From: a virus
Taxonomy: Duplodnaviria; Caudoviricetes
DNA: 35,540 nt
IMG/VR virus record: IMGVR_UViG_3300031716_000030
Coordinates: 1-35,540 of that record
Reading direction: 5' to 3' (one strand)
Shown here: one piece after another, positions 9,646-19,458 of the stretch
Position numbering within the stretch: position 1 is the first letter of the stretch
How the letters are laid out: every line of letters starts with the position of its first letter
Notes under the pieces: generated by a model
The model's database searches: none
What the model was told of the DNA's origin: nothing
Seen by the model: the letters and a program-made list of their open reading frames with translations, nothing else
Translations under genes and position numbers: made by a program

Positions 9646-11013
9646 TTAGAACAGACCGACGCCGTTATGGGCCGGGTTGGTCACGGCAAACGAAGCATAG
9701 ACCTGAAGGTCATAGCGGATACCGGGGCCGGACTGGAGATCAACAGGCTTCGTGGTATACATGTCATCAACCAAGAACTGATATTGTGTCGTCAGCTCAC
9801 CCTGGTCAGTAGCCTCAGGTCCGCCGGGCTCATTGTTGGTCGGGATATCATCGATGATGGGAGCGGTGTTGGATATGCCGAACAGGCGCAACGAATCCAT
9901 ATCGAACGCGTAGAAAGTACCGCGCGGACAATAAGGGTCATCATAGACCATATTGATCCACGAGGTGCTGAACGCCATCTGGAATTGAGTAATACCCTGC
10001 GTAACCTTGTTTTTCTCGGTCGAGGGGATCTGCTGCATGAAGGTGCGGTTCGCCAGGGCATCGTTGACAACCTGCTGGTAGTCCTCATCGTTCACGACGA
10101 TCATGTTAGGCACACCGCCGCCACGTCGGATCTGCTTAATCAAGCGCAGGATGGTAGCCGTATAGGTCTCTCCACCCGAGGAGTTGCGCTGGACAAAGTT
10201 ACCGGCCAACCGGTCGGGGGCCTGGGAGCGATTGACACCGAAGAACGGGGTGGCAATGTAGTTGTTCCAGGTTGCACCGGTTCTGTTGGCAATCGTCGGG
10301 AGCCAGGACGCCATGCCCACAGGGGCATTGGGCTGAAGGTTATTATCGCGGCCACCCTTGAGCATCAGAAGGTCGCCAACGGCTACCGAGGCCACATACT
10401 GACTGATGAAAGTCACACGCACGAGACCCGAAGTCTGAATCGTCTGAATCGACTGAATCACCACCGCATTGGGATCCCGGTAGTTCGTGGTCACGGAAGG
10501 CGCAAACATAATTTGCGACTGAGGACTAATCGCCATGACGGTGGAGGGGTCGACGTCAACATAGAGTCGGTTGGTATCCAGGGCTACGACAGGACCCATT
10601 TCGAGGGCGCCCGTGCGGTAGAAGCAGGTAGCCAGAGTCTTGCGCAGATCGTCCAGGGAAAGCATTGCACGGATAGCAAACACCGACCGGTAGGCCGCCT
10701 TGTCGCCCTGAGACGCCAAGAACTCCTTGGGGTCGAGCACAAAGGCACTGAACAGCTGACCTGGGGTCACCTGCATAGTCAGGCCAAGGTAGGTGTTAGC
10801 AGCCTGGTTATTGAGCTGCGTATAGTCAGCCGTCACGGCACCAGAGCCGTAAGCAAGCATCGGGAGTGGGACATATTTGCCCCCCACCCGGACTTTCTTA
10901 ATCTGAGCGAGTACCGGCGAGTTGCGGAAGACCAGCGCTTCCACATCCTGTACGCCATAATACTCTTTCAGGACTGCAATGACGCTAAGGTCTTGCGTTA
11001 CGCCAGTAGCCAT
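9646..11013 (-). CDS. Major capsid protein
   Basis: 455 aa after portal and scaffold; strong codon bias; C-terminal YASFAVTNPAHNG and DDPYCP motifs typical of HK97-fold capsids. Confidence 0.8.
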   Translation of the reverse strand: MATGVTQDLSVIAVLKEYYGVQDVEALVFRNSPVLAQIKKVRVGGKYVPLPMLAYGSGAVTADYTQLNNQAANTYLGLTMQVTPGQLFSAFVLDPKEFLASQGDKAAYRSVFAIRAMLSLDDLRKTLATCFYRTGALEMGPVVALDTNRLYVDVDPSTVMAISPQSQIMFAPSVTTNYRDPNAVVIQSIQTIQTSGLVRVTFISQYVASVAVGDLLMLKGGRDNNLQPNAPVGMASWLPTIANRTGATWNNYIATPFFGVNRSQAPDRLAGNFVQRNSSGGETYTATILRLIKQIRRGGGVPNMIVVNDEDYQQVVNDALANRTFMQQIPSTEKNKVTQGITQFQMAFSTSWINMVYDDPYCPRGTFYAFDMDSLRLFGISNTAPIIDDIPTNNEPGGPEATDQGELTTQYQFLVDDMYTTKPVDLQSGPGIRYDLQVYASFAVTNPAHNGVGLF

Positions 11014-11025
11014 ATTAGGACTCCT

Positions 11026-11586
11026 TTACATTCCCATTCTTTTTCGGACGTCAGCCTTTAGCTGTTCGAATGGCAGAATATTTTGTTTCTCTTCTTCGGG
11101 TTTCTCAGAAGCAGCCTCGGGTTCCGCTTCCGGATTCTCGCCTTCGGCCGGCTCGGACTTGGCCACCGTGATCGATGATTCACCAGGGAGATATTTGCCG
11201 AACTTGCCTTTCAATTCCTCAAGGAACGCCGGCACCTTTTCATCCATGGCTCCATCGGATTCCATCAGATGGCTAATAAGATCTTCCATAAGATCGCTGC
11301 CACGAGTGTCCGAGTAAATACCCTTGTATGGCTCCAAGTCTCGGCCGTATTTGGAGGAAAGGTCGTTCATCAGCCCATTTTTCTTATAGCTGCTGACACC
11401 CTCGTCCATGGCCGTAATCATGGAATAAACAATGTCTTTCAGTTCCGAGTTTTCCTGTTCCAAGGCCGAAAGGCGCTGTCCGATCATGTCAAAGGCCGGA
11501 CCAACTTTCTTGCCGATAACATCCATGATCTCGGAATAATCTTGTTCTGCATCCGGGTGAGCCGGAGTATTTCTAATGTCGCTCAT
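11026..11586 (-). CDS. Putative scaffolding protein
   Basis: Acidic, helical, between portal and capsid. Confidence 0.6.
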   Translation of the reverse strand: MSDIRNTPAHPDAEQDYSEIMDVIGKKVGPAFDMIGQRLSALEQENSELKDIVYSMITAMDEGVSSYKKNGLMNDLSSKYGRDLEPYKGIYSDTRGSDLMEDLISHLMESDGAMDEKVPAFLEELKGKFGKYLPGESSITVAKSEPAEGENPEAEPEAASEKPEEEKQNILPFEQLKADVRKRMGM

Positions 11587-13490
11587 GCGGCTTGTCCTCC
11601 TATGGTCTGAGTATTAGGCGGGGCCTGTTCCGTGGCCCCTTGGATAATGAGAGCAACCAAATCCTGTGGGGAATTGGGAAACGCTAGGGACAGAATTGCA
11701 GAAGCGGACTTAGCCGAGAGTGCCCCGCTCATAACTTGCGATGCTACGTCCGAAATTGCCTTAATCTGCCCGGCGTCGAGAACCAGTTTCCCTGGTTCAG
11801 AAGGCGGAGGCGGGGTATCGGCCTTGGGATTCATAAGCGACCCAACATTCTCGATATCCTTCAAGACCTTGGCCAGCAAGGCATTGAGCCGGTCAACATA
11901 GATCGCATCATCCGATGCGGCCAGCATCTTGTTAGATTCTGCTAGACACTTGGCCTTGAGGAGCTGAAGATCAACGGATTCGAGGTAATCAGTTTTCCCG
12001 GTTTTAATGGCCTGATAGATGATCGAGTCGCAATATTCCGAAGCAGCACGGGCCACCGTATAAGCCCCCTCAAGATCGGGCTGCTGGTAAAACCTGGCGA
12101 CATCATTAGGACTTATCACATTGTTCTGGATAAGGAATTCAATCTCCCGACGTTTCTCATTGGGATCTTTAGAAAGATTGTTAGCGGCAGAGAACTGGAT
12201 ACTCATGAGATCCCGCTGTTTACGCAGCTCCCCCCAGGTCATCTTAGCGCGGCCAACATCGGCAGGAAGAATGGAGTCACCTTCAGGGAAAACATCAATC
12301 GCCACGCGGATGGTATCGACAAGAAAATGCGTGAACTGCTGGAGGACGGTATTGAACCGGTCAGATTCAATGTCCTCCATGGTCTGCAATGCTTTACCAG
12401 AGTCGACACCCACGGGCTTTTCACCCTGCGCAGAAAGTTGGCTCACACCGCTAAGGTCATGCGCATACCCGATGTATTCTTTCAACAGTTCAATATATTG
12501 CGGATGCATAGCGGGGGGCGTAATGACCTCCGGCTTGCCACCATCTGGATTATTCTTATATTGATAAGCCCTGACGCCATTTTCAATGTTCGAGGCTTTA
12601 ATCCCAGAGTTATCTGGAACCATGAGCATTGAAATAACGCCGAGGCGAGTGGCCTGGTCCATCCTGCGCACAAGTTCATCAACCTGGCGCTGTATCGGAT
12701 AGAGATCATCCACTAGCGACACGGAGTAGAATCCGCGCATAGGTTTGGTAAAGAACATTTCCACGAAGGGGCGGCGATAGAGGCCGCCATACTGCTCAAA
12801 TTTCAAGTCAATGGCGTCTTCGAGCTGTTCACCATTGAATACTCGCCAAGCTTTGCCGTTGTAAAGATCATAGTAAATGGCGAACTTGCCCTTCTTGTGC
12901 GGGTCATCGGCAAAAGTTTTCTTGAGTGACACATTATCCGTGTCTCCAATCAAGGCGGCAAGCGGATAATATTTCCGGTAATACATGGCCCGGGTGACGG
13001 CGCCATGATAATATTCGGACGGATCGACAAAATACTCCCATGGCGCGATTCTCTGGAGACTCTTCGAGAATGGATCAATATGCATAACTCCGACATCGCA
13101 AACGGTAGCATCTCGGAAGCACATGACCGACTTCGGATAGGCATGCTGCTCATCAAGCCAAAGGTCTGAAAAATGTTGGGCTTCCTGACAGGCCATGCGG
13201 ACCTCCCAGTTGCCATTGAGTGGAGTCATGAAGGGCCTGACATTGGCCTGCGAGATTTTAGAGACTAGGGTATCAGGGATGGACTTGCAGAGATTCAATT
13301 GAGTCTGGACACCATCAGCGCCCTGGGCGGGATTGACATAGGCCAATGGGGCGGTATTCATCTGCCAGATATCTTCACGTCTCGCGCCGTTGTTCATATA
13401 CCGGTTCATATTCCTGGTATATTTCCCCTCTCGCGCAGAGAGTTTGGCATATAGATAGCTCATGTCCTCACGGACTTTATCGAAGGTCAC
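11583..13490 (-). CDS. Portal protein
   Basis: About 635 aa; start refined to GTG 13490 (GGAGG SD, GTGA overlap); LYPIQRQVDEL and LSGVSQLSAQG..SGKAL portal-like motifs. Confidence 0.8.
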   Translation of the reverse strand: MTFDKVREDMSYLYAKLSAREGKYTRNMNRYMNNGARREDIWQMNTAPLAYVNPAQGADGVQTQLNLCKSIPDTLVSKISQANVRPFMTPLNGNWEVRMACQEAQHFSDLWLDEQHAYPKSVMCFRDATVCDVGVMHIDPFSKSLQRIAPWEYFVDPSEYYHGAVTRAMYYRKYYPLAALIGDTDNVSLKKTFADDPHKKGKFAIYYDLYNGKAWRVFNGEQLEDAIDLKFEQYGGLYRRPFVEMFFTKPMRGFYSVSLVDDLYPIQRQVDELVRRMDQATRLGVISMLMVPDNSGIKASNIENGVRAYQYKNNPDGGKPEVITPPAMHPQYIELLKEYIGYAHDLSGVSQLSAQGEKPVGVDSGKALQTMEDIESDRFNTVLQQFTHFLVDTIRVAIDVFPEGDSILPADVGRAKMTWGELRKQRDLMSIQFSAANNLSKDPNEKRREIEFLIQNNVISPNDVARFYQQPDLEGAYTVARAASEYCDSIIYQAIKTGKTDYLESVDLQLLKAKCLAESNKMLAASDDAIYVDRLNALLAKVLKDIENVGSLMNPKADTPPPPSEPGKLVLDAGQIKAISDVASQVMSGALSAKSASAILSLAFPNSPQDLVALIIQGATEQAPPNTQTIGGQAA

Positions 13491-13720
13491 CACGACCTCC
13501 AAGAATCCGAATTCTGCGGGGTTTCGATGCCTTCTTTCATAAAGAGCATGCGGGATCCATCCTTCTGGACGAACTCCCAGTGGTAGGCATAATCTCGGCA
13601 AATCTGACGGATTAATTCCACGGTCATGGGATTATCGGACAGAATCTGAGCAACTTCTTCAATCTTCTTTTGTTGCTTGAGTTCTTTCATGGTCTGCCGA
13701 AATCTAGAGAGCCATTTCAT
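13487..13720 (-). CDS. Hypothetical protein (77 aa)
   Basis: Start refined to ATG 13720; stop/start overlaps at both ends. Confidence 0.6.
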   Translation of the reverse strand: MKWLSRFRQTMKELKQQKKIEEVAQILSDNPMTVELIRQICRDYAYHWEFVQKDGSRMLFMKEGIETPQNSDSWRSW

Positions 13721-14289
13721 CCGATCACCTCTACATACCCTGTATAGACCGTGATGGTGTTGGCAGGATTGGCAGTGCCCCAAGTAATCTGAAAATCCAG
13801 ATTAGACGCTACAGTTGTATTGATAGTGGCGACGGAAGGCGATGCAGACAAAGCGGTTTGAACGAGCGAATTGAGCCACATGACAGAGCTAGTCAGGGCA
13901 GATCCACTAGATCCGGCAGATTGGCATTGAATAGTCGTGGTGCATTCGAAGAACACGGGTCCAACAAGCTGAGCAGCAGGAGTAACCGCCACGGATATCA
14001 AGGACGTAGCACCAAATATTGGAGTCAGAGTAATGAGCGGAACGGTGACCAGGGTACCGATAGTTCCAGATAGATAGATCTTGATGTATGTACCGGACTG
14101 CAGATAATTGGCTGGTATTTGAAGAGACCCGAGAGCTCCCGAGGTATTGAATAATGTAGTAGGCGCCGTTGTATTGGCCACCGTCTGGGAACTGACCATC
14201 GAGAATGGAGATACAACCCTATTGCCGGTGAGCCCGTTGTATAGGCTAGAACGGGCCGATGTCAATGTGGGCGTTAGGAAGCTACCCAT
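13717..14289 (-). CDS. Beta-rich virion protein, paralog 3
   Basis: Shares PAN.L and TINTT...TWG...NTIT motifs with 14655..15281 and 15291..16241. Confidence 0.65.
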   Translation of the reverse strand: MGSFLTPTLTSARSSLYNGLTGNRVVSPFSMVSSQTVANTTAPTTLFNTSGALGSLQIPANYLQSGTYIKIYLSGTIGTLVTVPLITLTPIFGATSLISVAVTPAAQLVGPVFFECTTTIQCQSAGSSGSALTSSVMWLNSLVQTALSASPSVATINTTVASNLDFQITWGTANPANTITVYTGYVEVIG

Positions 14290-14655
14290 TTATGCCCTCG
14301 CCGAAAGTTTGGCATTCGTACCAACAGTGATATTCACGCGAAAAGCCGTAAATCCTTGAAGCAACGCAGTCGTGGCCGCCGTAACCGGCCCAGCACTCCA
14401 AGTCACAACATTCGGCGATCCAGAAGCCACAACACTGGGGGGGCTATCAGTAGCTTCGATCTGAGCTGTGGATCCAGATGGCGTAAGTGTCACGGAGATC
14501 GGATTGATATCAGGGCAATAGACCCATTCCTGCGCTCCGGCGGTGGTATATGTAGTTTCATACCATTGGTAATTCGGCTGGGCCGCGTGAGGCTGGAGAA
14601 CATTGGAAAGCTCTCCATTTCCACCCCCGGAATTGCGCAAGAGAAAGGCTGCCAT
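14290..14655 (-). CDS. Small beta-rich putative virion protein
   Basis: T/S/A-rich 121 aa, tightly packed with neighbours. Confidence 0.55.
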   Translation of the reverse strand: MAAFLLRNSGGGNGELSNVLQPHAAQPNYQWYETTYTTAGAQEWVYCPDINPISVTLTPSGSTAQIEATDSPPSVVASGSPNVVTWSAGPVTAATTALLQGFTAFRVNITVGTNAKLSARA

Positions 14656-15281
14656 TAGATCAACCCCAACTGGCCATAAGCCAAGGTCATGGTATTCGAG
14701 GCCGATGCCGCGCCCCAGGTAAGTAGGACATCCCAGAGATAAGCCTGAGTCGTATCAATCGTAGTGGTCGCGAAAGGAACCGAAACAATGGTGCCTGCAT
14801 ATCGGAATGCACAACGTCCAAGAATCGAACCCGTGGCGCCAATCGAAGCAATAGACGAACTGAAATCAATCTGAAAATCCGATGAACTCACGCTAGTCAT
14901 GGCCACGGCCCCGGTATCGGCAACCGTATAGACAATTGCCCCGGTGCTAGGGTTCTTCATGACCACGCGGACGCGCAGGGTCGGAGTGCCGGTATTGGCA
15001 ATAGATCCGACAAAGTTTCCAGTGACACCCACTCCCACGCTAAGGAAGTTCGCCGGAGATGCCCATAGCGAAGTGGAGGGAGCATAGACATAGCCAGAAA
15101 CCCCGGGACTGACCTTAGCAGTATTTAATACCGAGGTTTCGGCGGCGCTGTTGGCAATGGCCGCCGAAGTGCCATACTGCTGCCAAGGCACCATGACCGT
15201 TCCAGCAGGGACCGCGCCTGCTGGAACGAAGGCCCTGTTAAGCAGAGCTTCCGTTGAAAGATCGTTTTCGCTCTGAACCAT
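14655..15281 (-). CDS. Beta-rich virion protein, paralog 2
   Basis: TTIDTTQAYLWDVLLTWGAASASNTMT. Confidence 0.65.
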   Translation of the reverse strand: MVQSENDLSTEALLNRAFVPAGAVPAGTVMVPWQQYGTSAAIANSAAETSVLNTAKVSPGVSGYVYAPSTSLWASPANFLSVGVGVTGNFVGSIANTGTPTLRVRVVMKNPSTGAIVYTVADTGAVAMTSVSSSDFQIDFSSSIASIGATGSILGRCAFRYAGTIVSVPFATTTIDTTQAYLWDVLLTWGAASASNTMTLAYGQLGLI

Positions 15282-15290
15282 GATGAACTC

Positions 15291-16241
15291 CTAGTTCAGC
15301 AGCTCGATATAACCACCCTGACAGGTGATCGTATTCGAGGCCGAGGACACGCTGAAGGTAGCGCGAGCGTCAATATAGTAGGGCTGAGTCGTATCGATGC
15401 TAGTCGTAGTCGGAGCCAGACCGAGCACTGTAGCAGCCGCACCGGCAGCGCCGCCAAGCTTGAGCCAGCCCTGAACATAAAGCTGACCACCGACAGCCGT
15501 AGCCGTGATCGCGTTGCCCTGGGTCGCGCCAGTACCGCCAGCGACCACGCGGATATCAACGATAGCGCCGTTGACAATCGTGGGGATCAGAATGGCACCC
15601 GAGGAACCAGATGACGCGAAGGTGGGCAAGCCGACATAGCCGGTACCACCATTGGTAATCGTCACGCTGGTGATAGCGCCCGAAGTGACGTTGACGGTGC
15701 CAGTGAAGCCGGAGCCCGGTGTAGCGGTCGAGGTGACAAAGTTGGGGTTGATGATGTTGAAATCAAGCTCCCAGGGCTGGGCCGAAACTGCGCCGAGGGT
15801 GAAGGCGGTAGAAGCCGCGAGCGCGGTATAGGTGGGAGTCGTACCATTCAGGATGACGCCAACCTCAAGAGCGATGGTCGGTGTGCCGGTCGCGCCATAG
15901 ACGCCGAACAGTTTGCCACGCGCTACGGTGCCAGGAAATCCGGTAGTCTGAACGTTCCAACTGCCAGAATAACCCAATGAGTTGGCCTGAAGCAGCGGCG
16001 AGCCGGGACCGTTGGGCGGAAGCCACGGGGCCACGTTGCCCGTCACTGGAGTATTGGTATTGACCTGCGTATAAAGCACCGATGACTTGTTGGTCGTGGT
16101 ATTGACGGGGTTGGCTGCCTGAATCTGTACATAAGTAGTACCGCCAAGATCGGTAAAGTTCTGGCCGTTTCGAACACGGCGGATAGGGCCTTCCTGATAG
16201 GAAAGCGGGATAGGGTTAGTGCTGGGGACGCCTGCGGACAT
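15291..16241 (-). CDS. Beta-rich virion protein, paralog 1, with inserted GxGY-type repeats
   Basis: TSIDTTQPYYIDARATFSVSSASNTIT; insert GAITSVTITNGGTGY...GAIVDIRVVAGGTG. Confidence 0.65.
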   Translation of the reverse strand: MSAGVPSTNPIPLSYQEGPIRRVRNGQNFTDLGGTTYVQIQAANPVNTTTNKSSVLYTQVNTNTPVTGNVAPWLPPNGPGSPLLQANSLGYSGSWNVQTTGFPGTVARGKLFGVYGATGTPTIALEVGVILNGTTPTYTALAASTAFTLGAVSAQPWELDFNIINPNFVTSTATPGSGFTGTVNVTSGAITSVTITNGGTGYVGLPTFASSGSSGAILIPTIVNGAIVDIRVVAGGTGATQGNAITATAVGGQLYVQGWLKLGGAAGAAATVLGLAPTTTSIDTTQPYYIDARATFSVSSASNTITCQGGYIELLN

Positions 16242-16252
16242 AAAATTTCTCC

Positions 16253-16642
16253 TTACTGCGTATTGAGCTTGACCAGCACTTGCCGAAGAACTCGGTAGCC
16301 GTCTGGGTTGGGACCGACGATGGTCTGAATTGCGGATGTGAGGGCAAGGGTCTTGCTAAAATCGGTCAAAGGCTGACCGTCATTGTGTTCAACGGAGAAC
16401 CAGGCGAAGGCATCTTCTACCTGCTGGTTGCCTTTGGCGGAAAGCAGTTTACCGATCAGCAGACCGGCTTTGCGTTCCTCTTCGGAAAGATTGTCAAACG
16501 CTTCTTTGAGCGTGGGCATCGGGAACGAGGGATCATGCATAGCTTCCATGAGAGCCTGCCGCCCCGTACCGATGCGGTTGTCTTTGTTTCGGATCGGATC
16601 AAGCAACTTGAGGCGCTCGGCCTCTTGTTCGATTGCCGTCAT
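16253..16642 (-). CDS. Hypothetical protein, first gene after late promoter
   Basis: 129-aa ORF with purine-rich SD. Confidence 0.6.
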   Translation of the reverse strand: MTAIEQEAERLKLLDPIRNKDNRIGTGRQALMEAMHDPSFPMPTLKEAFDNLSEEERKAGLLIGKLLSAKGNQQVEDAFAWFSVEHNDGQPLTDFSKTLALTSAIQTIVGPNPDGYRVLRQVLVKLNTQ

Positions 16643-16671
16643 TCTTCCCCCGGGTGTCTATTTTCGTATAC

Positions 16672-16729
16672 GTGTATGAAAAAAGATACACTGTCAACGA
16701 AATGATACACCTGTGGAAATATTTGTCAA
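16672..16729 (-). promoter_or_regulatory. Sigma70-type promoter for the structural operon, with GTGTAT operator-like repeats
   Basis: TTGACA (16729-16724), 16 bp, TATCAT (16707-16702); GTGTATC at 16710-16704 and 16691-16685 plus inverted GTGTAT at 16672-16677. Confidence 0.65.
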
Positions 16730-16754
16730 GGGAATCTGTACGATTTTGTAGACA

Positions 16755-18197
16755 TTACCAATCCCGCCAATTGTCGCTACCGAAAGCCTCGGCGAACCGT
16801 TCATTGAGCACTTGTTCGGTCTCGCTTGGAGCTGGAGGAGGGGGTGGTGGATCGGGGAGCCGCTTGTGCTCATCTCCCGCATAGGTCCAAATTTCCCGCA
16901 TGGGATATAGAATGGCGTCCATCAGATCGGGATGATAGGCTTCGTCGTCAATGATACGCTCGATGGTACCAGAGGTGTTTCGGGTCCAGATCGTGTTCTC
17001 CGTCTCTTCCATGAATGGTCCTAGTCTTGGGATATGGAATCGCCCGGAGTTCACCGTATCCTGTAGTTGCTCAATGCCGAGCTTCTTGTCCCGCTTATAG
17101 GCAGGGTGGATATCGAATCCGAACATCTCTGCGAGCTGCTGAGAAGTCTTTTTGTTGTCGCCCTCATGGCCGTATCGGATCGTGGCCGTCTCAGCATAGA
17201 TAGGGCATGAGTGGTCTCGCGCTGGAACATTAGCCCTCAGCCAAGCAAGCCCCCCACGCATTGCATTGGCAAGCTCCTGCAAGCTCTGGCGCCTGGCCTT
17301 GTGTTCGAAGATGAGCCATACCTCTGGTTCATCGGGCACATGGGCTAAGATTACGAATGCGTCAGCATCGTTATAGCCCAGGTCGAGGCCAGCAGTAAAC
17401 TTGACGATGTTCTGCCTAGTCGAAAGCCATTGCTCGAACTCTGGCCATTCATAAATGGACTTGGGCGAGAATACCCGCAGTCCGTCGCTAGACTGATATT
17501 CGCCCAATAGGAATCGCTGGCGTGCATTCCCGACCAATGATCCTAGTTGCTCATCGATATAGCCCTCTGGTAGGTTTTCGACATTATCGACCGCGTTCAT
17601 TTGCAATCGGCCATAGAGCGCCGCGTTCAGCGGATCCTTGGTCTCGGGGTGAACGTTCTGAAAGAATAGCTTATAGGTCCAATGGGCGTCCGTTGTGGGG
17701 TTCAAGTCACAGACGAAACGATTCTGGAATCCAGGAATGTTCTGGCTTAACCGAGTCTTCAGCGTATTGACCGTTGACCATGGGATGTCCTGGGATTCGT
17801 TGATATAGATGACCGCATATTCCTGCCCTAGAACCTTATCGACACGTTCCTTGTCATCGAGGCCAGCACAGATAATCATACCGCCGCCGTTGAAGCGGAT
17901 GGTCATGTCCTGCTGGTTGATCGTGTAATCTTGACCGGCCACGAAGCCGTGTTGTCTCAGGATCTCGGGAATGGTGATGGCCCAGATGCTCGCCCTGATG
18001 TCCACGGCATAGCGGCGACAGATCAGAATGCGAAGACCTTCAAATGAATAGGCCCATAGACAGCAGCCATCTATCGTGACAAAGGTTTTGCCTGAACGTG
18101 ATCCGCCATATAGCAGTGCGTTCTTAACACCCTTAAGGAGTCTTGCCGCCTGCTTCTGTCTTGCCGTCAGCTTCACTTTCACTCCATTCGGGATCAA
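16755..18197 (-). CDS. terL: Terminase large subunit
   Basis: Walker A YGGSRSGKT, Walker B IYINE, motif III DLNP, nuclease GLDLGYND and C-terminal HPDLMDA; exact start uncertain. Confidence 0.92.
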   Translation of the reverse strand: MIPNGVKVKLTARQKQAARLLKGVKNALLYGGSRSGKTFVTIDGCCLWAYSFEGLRILICRRYAVDIRASIWAITIPEILRQHGFVAGQDYTINQQDMTIRFNGGGMIICAGLDDKERVDKVLGQEYAVIYINESQDIPWSTVNTLKTRLSQNIPGFQNRFVCDLNPTTDAHWTYKLFFQNVHPETKDPLNAALYGRLQMNAVDNVENLPEGYIDEQLGSLVGNARQRFLLGEYQSSDGLRVFSPKSIYEWPEFEQWLSTRQNIVKFTAGLDLGYNDADAFVILAHVPDEPEVWLIFEHKARRQSLQELANAMRGGLAWLRANVPARDHSCPIYAETATIRYGHEGDNKKTSQQLAEMFGFDIHPAYKRDKKLGIEQLQDTVNSGRFHIPRLGPFMEETENTIWTRNTSGTIERIIDDEAYHPDLMDAILYPMREIWTYAGDEHKRLPDPPPPPPAPSETEQVLNERFAEAFGSDNWRDW

Positions 18198-18438
18198 AGA
18201 GCACGGGACGGCGCTCGGTTATATTGGCGTCAACTTGCTGGACTGCTTTGCCGAATCCACGATCAATCAAGATCTCTGCCGCCTTGATGCGATGTTCCGG
18301 TCTGGCATTCTTGTCTTGGCTCACCGTGGCTAAATACTCCAATGCCTTGGCCGCATGGCCCTGAACAGATTTGCGAAGCTCGAGACTCATTGAGGGACGA
18401 CCGCCAGGATTACCGGATTGTCCCTTAGCAAAAGGCAT
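18133..18438 (-). CDS. terS: Terminase small subunit (DUF5681-like)
   Basis: FAKGQSGNPGGRP and AAEILIDRGFGKA motifs directly upstream of terL. Confidence 0.75.
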   Translation of the reverse strand: MPFAKGQSGNPGGRPSMSLELRKSVQGHAAKALEYLATVSQDKNARPEHRIKAAEILIDRGFGKAVQQVDANITERRPVLFDPEWSESEADGKTEAGGKTP

Positions 18439-18462
18439 TGTTCCCTCTCTGTTTTGAGCACT

Positions 18463-18618
18463 TCAGTTCGTCGAGAATGGCCCTATCCGTCCCATGCCAT
18501 AAACGACACCGACTAGCGTCTCGGCTCGCATCACAAGGTACCACCCTCGCTCATTCATGGCAAGTATCCAATTATAGTCATCTTTAAGATGTTCGAAGTA
18601 AATGATATCCGGGATCAT
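18463..18618 (-). CDS. Small hypothetical protein
   Basis: MIPDIIYFEHLKDD...; fills gap in gene chain. Confidence 0.4.
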   Translation of the reverse strand: MIPDIIYFEHLKDDYNWILAMNERGWYLVMRAETLVGVVYGMGRIGPFSTN

Positions 18619-18632
18619 ATTTTGTCTACCAG

Positions 18633-18818
18633 CTAGTATCGCTTGAGCCCTGGTTTGTATCCCGCTCGGCTTTGCTCCGCCGTCTTCGCGCTCCACCAGA
18701 ACCACCAGCGACGATGGTAGTCGAACCATGGTTCGTTGGGTTCGCGTTCGGGGCAATCTTCTTCGGGCTCATGGTTAATGAGTTCATCGAGGTTGGGAGT
18801 GTAGGGCGTGAAGCTCAT
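18633..18818 (-). CDS. Small hypothetical protein
   Basis: MSFTPYTPNLDEL...; ATGA overlap. Confidence 0.5.
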   Translation of the reverse strand: MSFTPYTPNLDELINHEPEEDCPEREPNEPWFDYHRRWWFWWSAKTAEQSRAGYKPGLKRY

Positions 18819-19090
18819 TCTATGCCTTCTAGCAACTTGGCGAGTTGGCAACCGGGGGCATGTTCAATAGGCCCTAGTGTTGAACTGCATTCTTGGCAAT
18901 AAAAGTCGTCATACCATTCATGTTTCTTCAGCATCGCCTCAAGGGCGCGAGTACGGGCGAGCAGAGCCTTGGATTCCGAAGGACTGATGCTCATGGCGAC
19001 GTTGATGGTCTCCCTCAATCCCTTGATTTCCCAGGCCTGCAATCGGGGTACCTTTGCCTTAATGATGGCGGTCAGGGATTCGAGGGTCAT
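18815..19090 (-). CDS. Hypothetical protein with CxxC...HxxxC metal-binding motif
   Basis: YCQECSS...EHAPGC. Confidence 0.55.
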   Translation of the reverse strand: MTLESLTAIIKAKVPRLQAWEIKGLRETINVAMSISPSESKALLARTRALEAMLKKHEWYDDFYCQECSSTLGPIEHAPGCQLAKLLEGIE

Positions 19091-19284
19091 GCTTTCACCC
19101 AGGCCCGTGAACCATCTTTCTTGATAAGTCTGAGTCGTTCAAGGACCATGACTGTGTCAAGATTGCAGATTCTCTTACCGTTGCATTCGACCACGGCACC
19201 CCGGGTACACCAGATAGTCCAACCTCCATTGATCCACTTCATCACACGCTCTTGGGTGGCCGACAACTTCTTAGTCTTTACCAT
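19087..19284 (-). CDS. Small hypothetical protein, possibly winged helix
   Basis: AGGAGGAAAGGA SD; LSATQERVM...LERLRLIKK. Confidence 0.55.
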   Translation of the reverse strand: MVKTKKLSATQERVMKWINGGWTIWCTRGAVVECNGKRICNLDTVMVLERLRLIKKDGSRAWVKA

Positions 19285-19311
19285 GTTCCTTTCCTCCTGA
19301 CCTTCAATTCT

Positions 19312-19458
19312 TTAACCATCAGCGCCACTTGGCCCCGTGGCCGGCGATACGTAGAGCGGCCACTCAAAGCCGTCTTCGGCCCGTATGTGATGCCGTCTGT
19401 CCTGGAGCTCTGTCTCCAACTCGTCCAAGTCCGTTGCCGAAATGAACTGAGGCGCCAT
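19312..19458 (-). CDS. 48-aa hypothetical protein
   Basis: Not in ORF track; ATG directly after upstream TAG; MAPQFISATDLDELE... Confidence 0.4.
   Translation of the reverse strand: MAPQFISATDLDELETELQDRRHHIRAEDGFEWPLYVSPATGPSGADG

Noticed and set aside
9667-11061. 464-aa + strand ORF antisense to the capsid gene
   Set aside because: Shadow frame produced by strong codon bias; no recognisable motifs. Same for other + strand ORFs such as 31472..31981
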